64,000 nt of DNA from Thermodesulfovibrionales bacterium (GTDB taxonomy: Bacteria > Nitrospirota > Thermodesulfovibrionia > Thermodesulfovibrionales > UBA9159), in assembly GCA_050014695.1 (NCBI GenBank), contig JBEKCV010000006.1:6708-70707 (forward strand), read 5' to 3'. Positions 52,225 through 62,500 of the stretch are shown piece after piece. A program made the position numbers and the translations under genes. Numbering within the stretch: position 1 is the first letter of the stretch; each line of letters begins with the position of its first letter. The notes beneath the pieces are model-generated. The model did no database searches. It had not been told where the DNA came from and saw only the letters and a program-made list of their open reading frames with translations.

Positions 52225-52807
52225 AGAGCTTCATCTTTGTGTGGTCCTTTTTGCCCTTCTGCTGCTCTATGCCACTGCTGACGTCGACGGCATAGGGTCT
52301 GACCCGCCGAATGGCCTTCGCCACATTGTCGGCATGAAGGCCGCCGGCAAGGATTATCCGTCCGAAGCGCTTCGCATCCACCGCGATATCCCAGTTGAAG
52401 ATCTGCCCCGTACCCCCGAGGGGTTCCGGCGCATACGTATCGAGAAGAAACGCGGAGGCCTGATAACGGTTTAACGGTTCTAGGTCCTGCAGTTCCTTTA
52501 CCCTTATGGCCTTGATCACCGGTTCGGTCATGGCGCACGCCTCCGGGGGTTCGTTCCCATGGAGTTGCACGACGCAGAGGGGGACGTCTCTCACCGTCTT
52601 CTCCATCACATCTCTGCTTTCGTCCACAAAGACACCGACTGAGGTGACAAAGGGTGGGAGCTTACGGATAATGTTTTTTGCCTCATCCGGCGATACATGC
52701 CTCGGGCTCCCCTCATAGAAGACAAACCCGAGGGCGTCTGCCCCGAACTCGACCGCCGCAAGGGCGTCATCGATATTCGTTATGCCGCATATCTTAACCT
52801 TAACCAT
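52199..52807 (-). CDS. trpF: Phosphoribosylanthranilate isomerase
   Basis: KVKICG, VQLHG, GGTG, LAGGL, VDVSSG. Confidence 0.96.
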   Translation of the reverse strand: MVKVKICGITNIDDALAAVEFGADALGFVFYEGSPRHVSPDEAKNIIRKLPPFVTSVGVFVDESRDVMEKTVRDVPLCVVQLHGNEPPEACAMTEPVIKAIRVKELQDLEPLNRYQASAFLLDTYAPEPLGGTGQIFNWDIAVDAKRFGRIILAGGLHADNVAKAIRRVRPYAVDVSSGIEQQKGKKDHTKMKLFIERAKGA

Positions 52808-52828
52808 CTTAGCTTCCGGCGCCTTCCT

Positions 52829-54184
52829 TCACCCTATGACGGGAAGTCTCGCCAGAGACTCCTTGATCATTTCATCCGGATACACGTAATCCTCCAGCTT
52901 TCCCGAAAGATAGTCCTCGTAGGCGGCGAGGTCAAGGTAGCCATGACCGCTCAGGTTAAAGAGTATCGTCTTCTCCTTCGCTTCTTCCTTACATTTTACC
53001 GCTTCATCTATCGCGGCAACTATGGCATGGGCACTCTCAGGAGCAGGTATTATGCCCTCCGACCTCGCGAACCGAACCGCAGCATCAAATACCGCAGTCT
53101 GCCCGCATGCCACGGCCTCTATAAGTCCGTCACGATAAAGCTGGCAGAGCAGTGGCGCATCAGCATGATACCGCAATCCGCCGGCGTGGATCCCGGGGGG
53201 AACAAAATCATGCCCCAACGTATACATCATGAGCAGGGGGGTGAGCCCGGCAGTATCGCCAAAATCGTACCGAAACTCCCCCTTTGTGAGGGTGGGACAG
53301 GATGTCGGCTCCACAGCGATCACCCTCAAGTCCCTGCCTTGGATCTTGTCCTTGAGGAACGGGAAACTGATCCCCGCCAGATTACTGCCTCCCCCGCAAC
53401 TGCCGATGATAATATCAGGAGAATCACCAAGGATCTCAAACTGTTTTTTCGCTTCCAATCCGATAACCGACTGGTGAATTAAGACATGGTTTAAGACGGA
53501 ACCGAGGGCATAGTTCGTGTCGTTATGAGTGGCAGCGTCTTCCACAGCCTCCGAAATCGCCATTCCAAGGCTGCCCGGGCATTCCGGGTCTGCCTCGAGG
53601 ATCTTTCGCCCCGAGTTCGTAACCGTTGAAGGACTGGGATGGACCGTGGCCCCCCAGGTCTCCATGGCGATCCTCCGGTAAGGCTTCTGGTTGTAGCTCA
53701 CCCTCACCATATAGACCGTCACCTCAAGCCCGAAGAGGCTCCCGGCAAGGGCCATGGAGGAACCCCACTGCCCTGCGCCGGTCTCGGTTGCTATCCGTTT
53801 TATGCCCGCCTGCTTGTTGTAGTATGCCTGCGGTATGGAGGTATTGGGCTTGTGGCTGCCGGCAGGGCTCACTCCTTCATACTTATAGTAAATCCTCGCG
53901 GGGGTGTCCAATGCCTTTTCGAGCCTGTGGGCCCTAAAAAGGGGCGCCGGTCTCCAGAGTGTATATATTTCGAGCACCTCTTCAGGTATATCGATCCACC
54001 GCTTGGTCGAAACTTCCTGTTCGATGAGGGCCATGGGGAAAATGGCCGATAAATCATCGGGGCCAACAGGTTGTTTTGTGCCGGGATGCAGAGGAGGCTT
54101 CGGGAGATTCGGCATATCGGCCATGATATTGTACCACTGCCGTGGTATTTCCCTGTCCGGGAGAACTACCTTTGTTTCGTACAT
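52829..54184 (-). CDS. trpB: Tryptophan synthase beta chain, TrpB2 type
   Basis: [39 protein letters not shown] (451 aa, TrpB2 signature). Confidence 0.94.
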   Translation of the reverse strand: MYETKVVLPDREIPRQWYNIMADMPNLPKPPLHPGTKQPVGPDDLSAIFPMALIEQEVSTKRWIDIPEEVLEIYTLWRPAPLFRAHRLEKALDTPARIYYKYEGVSPAGSHKPNTSIPQAYYNKQAGIKRIATETGAGQWGSSMALAGSLFGLEVTVYMVRVSYNQKPYRRIAMETWGATVHPSPSTVTNSGRKILEADPECPGSLGMAISEAVEDAATHNDTNYALGSVLNHVLIHQSVIGLEAKKQFEILGDSPDIIIGSCGGGSNLAGISFPFLKDKIQGRDLRVIAVEPTSCPTLTKGEFRYDFGDTAGLTPLLMMYTLGHDFVPPGIHAGGLRYHADAPLLCQLYRDGLIEAVACGQTAVFDAAVRFARSEGIIPAPESAHAIVAAIDEAVKCKEEAKEKTILFNLSGHGYLDLAAYEDYLSGKLEDYVYPDEMIKESLARLPVIG

Positions 54185-54212
54185 AACATCCTCCGATTTT
54201 CCATAGAGATTT

Positions 54213-54998
54213 TCACGCTGATCTTCTCAATTCGTCTATTCTGCTGCCGATATCCGCTGATTCCAAGAGGGCTGTGCCGATGAGCACGGCATCGATCCCT
54301 GCATGCTCCAGTCTCACCACATCGTTCCTCGTCCTTATTCCGCTTTCACTTACGGAAATCTTACCAGAGGGCATCTCTTTTTTTAACAAAAACGTGGTAT
54401 TTATGTCCACAGCAAAGGTGTTCAGGTTCCGGTTGTTTATCCCTATGATGCCCGCATCCAGCTGCAGGATCCTTTCTAACTCGACGTGATTATGCACCTC
54501 ACAAAGGACGGAGAGACGGAGTTCCCTGCTGAGGCAGAGGTATTCTTCAGCCTGAGAGCCGTCCAGCAACGCTGCTATGAGCAAGAGGGCATCCGCTCCA
54601 TATGCGGCCGATTCATAGATCTGATATTCATCGATGATGAAGTCTTTTCTCAATATAGGCTTGGTTACCGTTTCCTTAACAAGGGGGATAGAGTTCAGGT
54701 CGCCCAGGAAAAAATCCTCCTCGGTTACGATAGAAACGGCATCCACGGCCTTGTCCTCATATATTCCGGCTATCTTCAGCACATCGAACTGCGCTCTGAT
54801 GACCCCCCGCGAAGGCGATGCGTTCTTAATCTCCGCGATGAATTTGATCTGTTCTCCGTTTCTCTTGATAGCCGTCGTAAAGTCCCGATGGTTCTCCCTG
54901 TCCAGAATCTGAGCTTTAAGGTCATGCAGAGGAATCTTCCCCTTGGCATAAGCGAGCCGCTCCCGCTTCTTCTCTGCTATCTTACTCAGAATTGACAT
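54213..54998 (-). CDS. trpC: Indole-3-glycerol phosphate synthase
   Basis: [31 protein letters not shown]. Confidence 0.96.
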   Translation of the reverse strand: MSILSKIAEKKRERLAYAKGKIPLHDLKAQILDRENHRDFTTAIKRNGEQIKFIAEIKNASPSRGVIRAQFDVLKIAGIYEDKAVDAVSIVTEEDFFLGDLNSIPLVKETVTKPILRKDFIIDEYQIYESAAYGADALLLIAALLDGSQAEEYLCLSRELRLSVLCEVHNHVELERILQLDAGIIGINNRNLNTFAVDINTTFLLKKEMPSGKISVSESGIRTRNDVVRLEHAGIDAVLIGTALLESADIGSRIDELRRSA

Positions 54999-55297
54999 TA
55001 CTGGATTTTAAGGCAATTAACCGAAATAATGCAATGAAGCCCGATCAAGAAAGGAACCATGCAGGGGGGCTAAGTGCGCTTGTTGTTGAGGTTTGATCAC
55101 AGACTAGGGGAGACGTTGAACAGGCATATCTCGGAATCGAGGGGATTCACGATTTCAGTTCTGACCGCCCGGCGAGCTGGCATCCCTTCCCCTGGCAGGG
55201 TCGGACCAAGCGCGAATCCGTTGTCACTGTCTTTGAAAAAGCCGCTATGGTTCAGTCTCGTTTTCGGCCCGGACGGTTGTGATATAATTGCCCTGAC

Positions 55298-56872
55298 ATG
55301 GATGCACACCGAAGAATAGCCACGGCAGCCGGGGTCATGTCCTTTGCGACCTTCATCAGCAGGGTTCTCGGCTTCGTGCGGGACATGATATTCGCGGTGT
55401 ATTTCGGGGCCACCGGGCTTTCAGACACGTTCTTTGCGGCTTTCAGAATCCCCAATCTGCTGCGAGAGCTTTTTGCAGAGGGTTCCATGTCATCCGCATT
55501 TATTCCCGTGCTGACGGAATACCGCCAAAAACACGGTGACAAAGAAGCCGAACGCCTCGTCAAAATAACCTTTTCCTTTATCATCATTGTTGTTGGAATG
55601 ATATGTCTGATCGGTATCATCTTTTCGCCCCTTATCGTTACCGTCATAGCGCCGGGGTTCTTGCGTTCTCCGGAAAAATTCTCGCTGACGGTCCGCCTGA
55701 CAAGGATCATGTTTCCGTTCCTCTTGTTCATAAGTCTCGCGGCATTGGTTATGGGGTCCCTGAACACGAAGAAGGTGTTCTTTGTGCCCGCTTTTTCACC
55801 TTCGATGCTCAACATAACGCTGATCGTGAGTATAGTCTTTTTTGAATCGTCAGCTGAACAGCCCATCATGGTGGCAGCTGTCGGCGTTCTCGTCGGGGGT
55901 TTTGTTCAGTTTGCCTTTCAGCTTCCTTCGTTTTTCAAAAACAACTACCGCCTCGGTTTTGACACCAATTTCGGGCACCCTGGACTCAGACGCATGTCAA
56001 TTCTCCTCATACCCGCCACCCTCGGCTTAGCGGTGAATCAGATAAATATCGTCGTCAGTAATGTCCTTGCCTCATACCTCCTGCCCGGGAGCATCACCTA
56101 CCTGTATTATTCAATGAGACTCATCCAGTTCCCCATAGGCATCTTCGGAGTAGCGATGGGGATGGCGGTTCTCCCGGCATTATCAGAGCATGCGGTGAAA
56201 GGAGACATGGATAAGCTCAGGGATGATTTCTCCTTTGCTTTGCGGCTCCTCTTTTTCATCACGGTCCCGTCTATGGCAGGTCTCATAGCATTGCGGGAAC
56301 CCATTGTAAACGCGCTCTTCCAAAGAGGGGCCTTCGATTTCCGCGCAACGGTAGGGACATCCGAAGCGCTCCTCTTTTATTCCCTGGGCATATGGGCTGT
56401 TGTCGGCGCACGTGTCGTCACTGCGACGTTCTATTCCCTGCAGGATACCAGGACGCCGGTCAAAGTTGCGGTCACGGCGATGCTGACGAATATCATCATG
56501 AGCCTGGTCCTTATGGGGCCCCTCAGACACTCCGGGTTGGCTTTTGCGAACGCCATTGCCTCTATGGTCAACTTCATGCTCCTCTTGCATGCGTTGCGCA
56601 ACCGGTTGGGACGCATCGATGCCAGGAGGATAGCCCGGTCGTTCTTCAAAATAAGCAGCGCTTCATTCGTCATGGGGGTTTCAGGCTGGATTGTCCTCAG
56701 GGGCGGGATGTGGCAGTCTTCAGGAAGGCTCGTCGTGAAAGTGCTCTATCTTTCGGGAACCGTGGCTGGCTGTCTGATCATCTATCTTGGCATCTGTTTT
56801 CTTCTCAGGAGTGACGAGATACATTATATTTATGAGATAATAAGAATGAGACGCACGGGGAGGCGGGTATGA
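55298..56872 (+). CDS. murJ: Lipid II flippase MurJ
   Basis: SRVLGFVRD, AFRIPNLLRELFAEG, QDTRTP. Confidence 0.96.
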   Translation: MDAHRRIATAAGVMSFATFISRVLGFVRDMIFAVYFGATGLSDTFFAAFRIPNLLRELFAEGSMSSAFIPVLTEYRQKHGDKEAERLVKITFSFIIIVVGMICLIGIIFSPLIVTVIAPGFLRSPEKFSLTVRLTRIMFPFLLFISLAALVMGSLNTKKVFFVPAFSPSMLNITLIVSIVFFESSAEQPIMVAAVGVLVGGFVQFAFQLPSFFKNNYRLGFDTNFGHPGLRRMSILLIPATLGLAVNQINIVVSNVLASYLLPGSITYLYYSMRLIQFPIGIFGVAMGMAVLPALSEHAVKGDMDKLRDDFSFALRLLFFITVPSMAGLIALREPIVNALFQRGAFDFRATVGTSEALLFYSLGIWAVVGARVVTATFYSLQDTRTPVKVAVTAMLTNIIMSLVLMGPLRHSGLAFANAIASMVNFMLLLHALRNRLGRIDARRIARSFFKISSASFVMGVSGWIVLRGGMWQSSGRLVVKVLYLSGTVAGCLIIYLGICFLLRSDEIHYIYEIIRMRRTGRRV

Positions 56873-57495
56873 TCATCAGGAGTTTAGTGGTCGGGCCGTT
56901 GCAGGCAAACTGTTTCATCATCGGGGATGAGCAATCGAAAAAGGGCATGGTGGTGGATGCCGGGGACGAGCCTGACAGGATTATGGAAATAGTGGACAGC
57001 GAAGGGCTCACTCTCGATTACATCATTTGCACCCACGCGCACTTTGACCACGTGGGGGCGGTGCCTGACTTAAGGAAAACCCGTCACGCAAAGATTGTTG
57101 TTCACAGGGATGAGGTGGAGATTTACGCTGCCGCACGGGACATGGCGGCTTTCTGGGGCTATGACCTCGATTCCCTGCCGGAACCTGACATGCTTGTTAC
57201 GGATGGTGACGCGATACGACTCGGTGCACTCACGTTCACCATACTCCATACCCCCGGACACAGTCCCGGCGGGATATGCCTTTTCGGGGAGGGCATAGTC
57301 ATCACCGGTGACACACTTTTTGCCGGTTCGGTGGGAAGGACCGATTTTCATGGCGGAGACATGAACAAACTCAGAGAATCCTTCGACAGACTGATGTTGC
57401 TTCCTCCCGATACCCTGGTTCTCGCCGGACACGGCCCGAACTCCACCATAGGAAGAGAACAGTCAGAAAATTTTTTTTCCAAATTATTTACTTGA
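56869..57495 (+). CDS. Metallo-beta-lactamase-fold hydrolase (glyoxalase II-like)
   Basis: THAHFDH, TPGHSPG, GDTLF, GHG. Confidence 0.92.
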   Translation: MIIRSLVVGPLQANCFIIGDEQSKKGMVVDAGDEPDRIMEIVDSEGLTLDYIICTHAHFDHVGAVPDLRKTRHAKIVVHRDEVEIYAAARDMAAFWGYDLDSLPEPDMLVTDGDAIRLGALTFTILHTPGHSPGGICLFGEGIVITGDTLFAGSVGRTDFHGGDMNKLRESFDRLMLLPPDTLVLAGHGPNSTIGREQSENFFSKLFT

Positions 57496-57520
57496 CAAAC
57501 ATCTCATTTACTGGCATATT
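57492..57520 (+). promoter_or_regulatory. Sigma-70-type promoter of the RRM gene
   Basis: TTGACA-N17-CATATT with TG extension. Confidence 0.55.
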
Positions 57521-57633
57521 TACCTGAGTATGGTGTCAGTTCACAGTTAACAGCGGGTTCCTGAGAATCTTCGATTATATTGGGTACCCTAACCCAAGGC
57601 GCTAGCCTTGGGATTTTATTTTCAGGAGGAAGG

Positions 57634-57963
57634 ATGGGCACGAAACTCTACGTAGGGAACATTTCCTTTCAGGCATCAGAAGATGATCTGAAAGACCTCT
57701 TTTCAAAGGCAGGAGAGGTTGTATCCACAAAGATGATCACGGACGCCGCAACCGGCAGGTCAAGGGGATTTGCTTTTGTCGAGATGACCTCCGATGCCGA
57801 CGCCCAGAAAGCCATCACGTTGCTAAACGGCACCAGTTTCTTGTCGAGGAATATTGTTGTCAGCGAGGCAAAACCTCAGGAAAAGCGGGAGAGAGGGGAG
57901 AGAGGACCAAGGGATAGAGAGCGGAGCGGTTTTGGGAGTAAACGCCCGGGGGGAAGAAGATAG
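57634..57963 (+). CDS. RRM (RNP-1) RNA-binding protein
   Basis: KLYVGNI, SRGFAFVEM, Arg/Gly-rich tail; AGGAGG RBS. Confidence 0.93.
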   Translation: MGTKLYVGNISFQASEDDLKDLFSKAGEVVSTKMITDAATGRSRGFAFVEMTSDADAQKAITLLNGTSFLSRNIVVSEAKPQEKRERGERGPRDRERSGFGSKRPGGRR

Positions 57964-57968
57964 CTAGT

Positions 57969-58838
57969 TTAGTCTTTTCTTTTCACTGCAAATCTGGATT
58001 TTGACAGAATCATAGAGCCGAGAGACAAGCCCAGTTCTTTTGAAATAACGTCACACTTGGACTGAAAAAGGTAGAATATTGCTTTTTGCGGTTCCGACAC
58101 TGTCTCAAAATTTCCCTGTCCCTTGCTGATGATGAGGGGGCTCTGCCGGTATCTCTGCTGGAACGCAGGGGATGTCCACTCAACGATGGTCCCGACCGCG
58201 TCCGAGCCGTTATCGATGACCTCGCACACCTCGGTGAGGGCTGTCTCGAGGGCATCCTCGTAAGTGCAATCATTTATGATCGCTGAGCCTTTTACAACGG
58301 CCGTCACTTTCTTGCCAAAGGACTGTATCGCCTCGATAAGGATTCTATCGAAGACTATCTCGCCTGCATTATCGAGAAGATAGAGTATCTCTGTCGTATC
58401 GCTGAGAGCGGACTTGAAAGAGGGATAGTCCTCTACCGCAAAGGGGCTGTTCAATGCCCTCTCTACGGTTCCTTCAATATCGACCGACGTCAATATGCCA
58501 AAGTCAATGACGTTTCCGGCAACAGCGAGACGTGAAGCAGTCAGTAAGGGATCGGGGCTTTTCTGAACGGATCTCTTCAGAGACGGATAGAGGTTGAGCG
58601 CTTTTTGATTGTACTCTGACTTTATCTCTCGAAAGGGGTCTTTCTGTAATAAGCGTCTGATCTTTCTATGGATGAATGTGGTTACATAAGCCGGCGGCTT
58701 CGAAGTGTCTACGTTCTGAATGTCTTCAAGGACAGCCTTCAGTATCTGCTCCTGGAGTTCCTTATCTTTTGAACCGTGCCTCAGGGCTATGAGAGACTGC
58801 CTCAGAAAACACGGGAAACAGTCAAGATGAACCCTCAC
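57969..58838 (-). CDS. DUF89/ARMT1-like damage-control phosphatase
   Basis: CFPC, AGNVIDFG, LLDNAGEIVFD, SKGQGNFE. Confidence 0.9.
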   Translation of the reverse strand: MRVHLDCFPCFLRQSLIALRHGSKDKELQEQILKAVLEDIQNVDTSKPPAYVTTFIHRKIRRLLQKDPFREIKSEYNQKALNLYPSLKRSVQKSPDPLLTASRLAVAGNVIDFGILTSVDIEGTVERALNSPFAVEDYPSFKSALSDTTEILYLLDNAGEIVFDRILIEAIQSFGKKVTAVVKGSAIINDCTYEDALETALTEVCEVIDNGSDAVGTIVEWTSPAFQQRYRQSPLIISKGQGNFETVSEPQKAIFYLFQSKCDVISKELGLSLGSMILSKSRFAVKRKD

Positions 58839-59329
58839 TCGCCCTTCAGATCCTCAGCCTTCTTATTCACCTCGGCAGCCATCCTCTTTTTGAAAGCCAG
58901 GAGTTTTTTCACGATATCCCTGTCCTGCCTTCCGAGAATCTGTGCGGCAAGTATCGCGGCGTTCTTAGCACCGGCCTTCCCCACGGCCATGGTAGCAACG
59001 GGGACACCCGGAGGCATCTGGACAGTGCTCAGAAGCGAATCAAATCCCTGAAGCGGGGATGCGTTTATCGGAACACCGATCACCGGCAGTATGGTATGTG
59101 CTGCGATCACGCCCGCGAGATGCGCTGAAGCTCCGGCTGCCGCTATAATCACCTCGACCCCCTTTTTCTCAGCCCCCTGAGCCAGGTTGACAACGCGTTC
59201 CGGTGTCCTATGTGCAGAGGCTATCGTCATCTCACAGGGGATCCCGAATTCCTTGAGCATCCTCTCTGCCTCCCGCACGACAGGCAGGTCGGAATCGCTA
59301 CCCATAACTATTAAGACCTGCGGTTTCAT
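58835..59329 (-). CDS. purE: N5-CAIR mutase PurE
   Basis: MGSDSD, SAHRTP, AHLAGV, QMPPGVPVA. Confidence 0.97.
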   Translation of the reverse strand: MKPQVLIVMGSDSDLPVVREAERMLKEFGIPCEMTIASAHRTPERVVNLAQGAEKKGVEVIIAAAGASAHLAGVIAAHTILPVIGVPINASPLQGFDSLLSTVQMPPGVPVATMAVGKAGAKNAAILAAQILGRQDRDIVKKLLAFKKRMAAEVNKKAEDLKGE

Positions 59330-59456
59330 ATCTTCTGCTCCGCCGAAAGGCAATCACTCACAAAGACGCTGGGGTTCTTGCGGAAACCATGAAGATTTAT
59401 CTTTCTCAATAAATTTCTCTGTCTTTTTCCCTGTCTCACCACTTTTCCTCTTTCAG

Positions 59457-60746
59457 CTACTTCACGTCCGCCGGCCGCCACAGCGCTTTGTCGGCAATGT
59501 CCTTCCGGTAGTGCATGCCTTCGAATTGGATCTTTTCTATGGCCCGGTACGCCCTTTCTTTTGCCCCACGTATGTCGGCCCCCAGCGCTGTGACACCGAG
59601 CACCCTCCCGCCGGACGTCACCACAGCGCCGTCCTGAAAAGCGGTCCCCGCATGAAATGCAAACACATCATTTTCCTTTTTCAATTCATCCAGTCCCCTT
59701 ATTGTCTTCCCCGTCTCATACTTCCCCGGATATCCCTTCGACGCAAGGACAACACAGACGGCGGGCTCCGGTTTCCACCGAATATCCAAGGCAGACAATT
59801 TTCCGTCGATCATGGCACTGGCAATATCAAACAGGTCGGTATCCAGCCGCGCCAGCACGGGCTGCGTCTCGGGGTCTCCCAGTCTACAGTTAAACTCAAG
59901 GACATACGGGATACCATTCTTGATCATGACGCCCGCATAGAGGACGCCGCGATATTTCATGCCCTCGGCCTTGAGTCCCCTCATGACCGGCCACATGACC
60001 TTCTCCATGATCAATGCCTCCATATTTTTTGTGACGACCGGAGCGGGGCTGTATGCACCCATGCCTCCCGTGTTCGGTCCTTTATCGCCATTAAAGATCC
60101 TCTTATGATCTTGGGAAGACGCCATGGGGACAACGGTCTGCCCGTCAAAAAAAGCCATGAAGGACGCCTCCTCCCCCTCAATATAGTCCTCAACGACAAC
60201 ACGGTCGCCGGCATCACCGAAGGCTTTCTCCTTCATAATAAGCCGTAATGCGCTGATCGCTTCGTCCGCAGTGTTCGCCACAAATACGCCTTTCCCCGCC
60301 GCAAGACCATTTGCTTTAATGACGATAGGCATCCCTTTCATCCGGACATGATCCTCGGCCAGGAGGGAGGATGTAAAAACGCTGTACTCTGCGGTCGGAA
60401 TCCCATAACGCCTCATAAAGTCCTTGGCAAAGATCTTACTGGACTCCAAGCGGGCCGCTTCCCTGTTGGGACCGAGTATCCGTCTGCCCTCCTTTTCGAA
60501 GGCATCGACAATGCCCCTCGAAAGAGGCTCTTCAGGGCCGACGATGGTGAGGTCAATCCATTCATATTTCACAAAATCTATGAGCGCGTCAAAATTGTCT
60601 GATCCCGCGTCGATGCACTCGGCGATCTCGGAAATCCCCGCATTGCCGGGGGCACAGTATATCCTATCCACATGCCGGGACTGTGACAGCTTCCATACGA
60701 TGGCATGCTCCCTTCCGCCGCCTCCAATGACAAGGACCTTCATCAT
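59457..60746 (-). CDS. purD: Phosphoribosylamine-glycine ligase PurD
   Basis: GGGGREHA, GLAAGKG, QDHKR, NTGGMG, EFNCRLGDPE. Confidence 0.97.
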   Translation of the reverse strand: MMKVLVIGGGGREHAIVWKLSQSRHVDRIYCAPGNAGISEIAECIDAGSDNFDALIDFVKYEWIDLTIVGPEEPLSRGIVDAFEKEGRRILGPNREAARLESSKIFAKDFMRRYGIPTAEYSVFTSSLLAEDHVRMKGMPIVIKANGLAAGKGVFVANTADEAISALRLIMKEKAFGDAGDRVVVEDYIEGEEASFMAFFDGQTVVPMASSQDHKRIFNGDKGPNTGGMGAYSPAPVVTKNMEALIMEKVMWPVMRGLKAEGMKYRGVLYAGVMIKNGIPYVLEFNCRLGDPETQPVLARLDTDLFDIASAMIDGKLSALDIRWKPEPAVCVVLASKGYPGKYETGKTIRGLDELKKENDVFAFHAGTAFQDGAVVTSGGRVLGVTALGADIRGAKERAYRAIEKIQFEGMHYRKDIADKALWRPADVK

Positions 60747-61633
60747 TCTCGCTCGGTCTTCACCACAAGCCAGTAAATAATTCCGGTAACAAAGATCGCG
60801 GCTATCAGATAATAGATCTTCTCCGGCGGCTCTTTCTTGAGCGTGGCAATCATGGTTTCCCGGATAAACGCTACAAGGGCAACCCCGACAAAAACGCTGA
60901 TATGGAACTTCCCCCCCTTCAGGTGAGAGATCTCCGTGTTCATCAGCTCGATCATGATCCAGAGTATCAATACGGAACCGAGCGACGTAATGATAGCATG
61001 CTCTACGTCTCCGGTCAGAAAATTTTGCCCGGCATGGACCATTGCACCGACGACACCAATGGATAGTCCGATTAAGGCAAGAATGAGGATGAAATTCATG
61101 GTCTTGGAAAAGGCCTCAGAGAAACTGATAAGGGCATTTTTCACACGATATGAACCGGAATAAGTCCTCAACTCCTCTTCGATATAGGAGGAGGTAATGA
61201 CATCAAGATTAATATCAAGTATTTTTTCGAGGGCTATCATCGACTTGGCCCGTTCCTCGGTTTCCTCTACGGCCTGATTGAGAATGCCGATGCAATAGTT
61301 CCTGATAATATTGACTGCCCGGTTCATATAATGAGCCTCTATAAGAACCCTTACATGCGTCTGTCCTATCTTGATCAGTCTTTCGTAATACTGGGTACTG
61401 TAATTTCCGGAAAAGAGATCGAGAAACCATTTTCTCTGTGAATCGAAGACGTGGTGCTTCCGTTTTTCTTCAGTGAAGAATCTCTCCGTGTCCGCAGTCA
61501 GGGTCAGCCACGACTGCAGTGCGTCCATGGCCCCATCCACATTCGCCTCCGCAATTCCCTTAAGAGAACGGAGCCTCTCCTCGTCCTCCTCGGTGAAGCT
61601 ATAGTGCCGTTTTATCTCTTTAAACGATCGCAT
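60743..61633 (-). CDS. Protoglobin/globin-sensor domain fused to a PsiE-like four-TM domain
   Basis: FTEEDEERL, RLIKIGQTHVR (proximal His context), KILDINLDVI; then TM helices with ILWIMIELMNT and ALVAFIR. Confidence 0.8.
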   Translation of the reverse strand: MRSFKEIKRHYSFTEEDEERLRSLKGIAEANVDGAMDALQSWLTLTADTERFFTEEKRKHHVFDSQRKWFLDLFSGNYSTQYYERLIKIGQTHVRVLIEAHYMNRAVNIIRNYCIGILNQAVEETEERAKSMIALEKILDINLDVITSSYIEEELRTYSGSYRVKNALISFSEAFSKTMNFILILALIGLSIGVVGAMVHAGQNFLTGDVEHAIITSLGSVLILWIMIELMNTEISHLKGGKFHISVFVGVALVAFIRETMIATLKKEPPEKIYYLIAAIFVTGIIYWLVVKTERE

Positions 61634-61638
61634 GAGGC

Positions 61639-62232
61639 TTAATGATAGTTCACGTTACTGAGATACTCCGCAATGACAGTGTCATATCGGGCGGTATGGG
61701 CAAAGACCTTTTTTGCAAGCGTGAATTTTCTTTCCCGACTCAGCTCCCCGAGAGATGATTTCATTTCCCCGATTATGGACGAGTAATCATCGGGGTCGAC
61801 CACAACGGCCACGTCCTGAAAATTCTTGGATGCAGCCCTCAGCATCGCAGGGCCGCCGATATCGATGTTCTCAACAGCCTCTTCAAAAGTGACCCCCGGC
61901 TTCGAGACAGTCTCCTCAAAAGGATAGAGGTTCACGACGACCATATCTATCGGTTTGATACCGTGTTTTCCTATGTCCTCCATATCCTTTGGATTGCTCC
62001 GCCTTGACAGGAGCCCCCCATGGATTTTCGGATGGAGTGTCTTCAGCCTGCCGTCCAGCATCTCGGGGAATCCGGTATAGTCAGCTACTTCGATCACGGG
62101 GACGCCTGCATCACGGAGGATCTTTGCAGTTCCTCCTGTTGACAAAATCTCAACCCCCATCGCAACGAGAGCTCCTGCAAAATCAACGATTCCTTTCTTG
62201 TTAGAGACACTGATAAGAGCCCTTCTCATCAT
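61639..62232 (-). CDS. purH: PurH N-terminal domain only (IMP cyclohydrolase/MGS-like)
   Basis: [39 protein letters not shown]; stops at 197 aa with no transformylase domain. Confidence 0.9.
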   Translation of the reverse strand: MMRRALISVSNKKGIVDFAGALVAMGVEILSTGGTAKILRDAGVPVIEVADYTGFPEMLDGRLKTLHPKIHGGLLSRRSNPKDMEDIGKHGIKPIDMVVVNLYPFEETVSKPGVTFEEAVENIDIGGPAMLRAASKNFQDVAVVVDPDDYSSIIGEMKSSLGELSRERKFTLAKKVFAHTARYDTVIAEYLSNVNYH

Positions 62233-62500
62233 GGCATATCCCCCTTCGTGCGGTTTCGTTTTTCTTCATCCCTCTTGCCGTTTATCATAGCTCTTTTCGG
62301 AAAACTATTCTATCAGTTCCGTTTCATTTTTTGTGCAAATTTTTCAGGGTCATATCAAGAGATGGAGCCGATCTTCTCTGTCAGCGTCTCGATGGGGAAG
62401 TCTTCTGAATCAGGGTTTGGTACGCCGTCGCAACCCTCAGCAGTCACAGAGGCAAAATGCCGAGAAAAGCATCTCTCTGCTGGCCGTTCTCCGGATAGTA

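Noticed and set aside
52697-53482. 261-aa plus-strand ORF
   Set aside because: Antisense to trpB2/trpF
59187-60248. 353-aa plus-strand ORF
   Set aside because: Antisense to purD/purE; no family features
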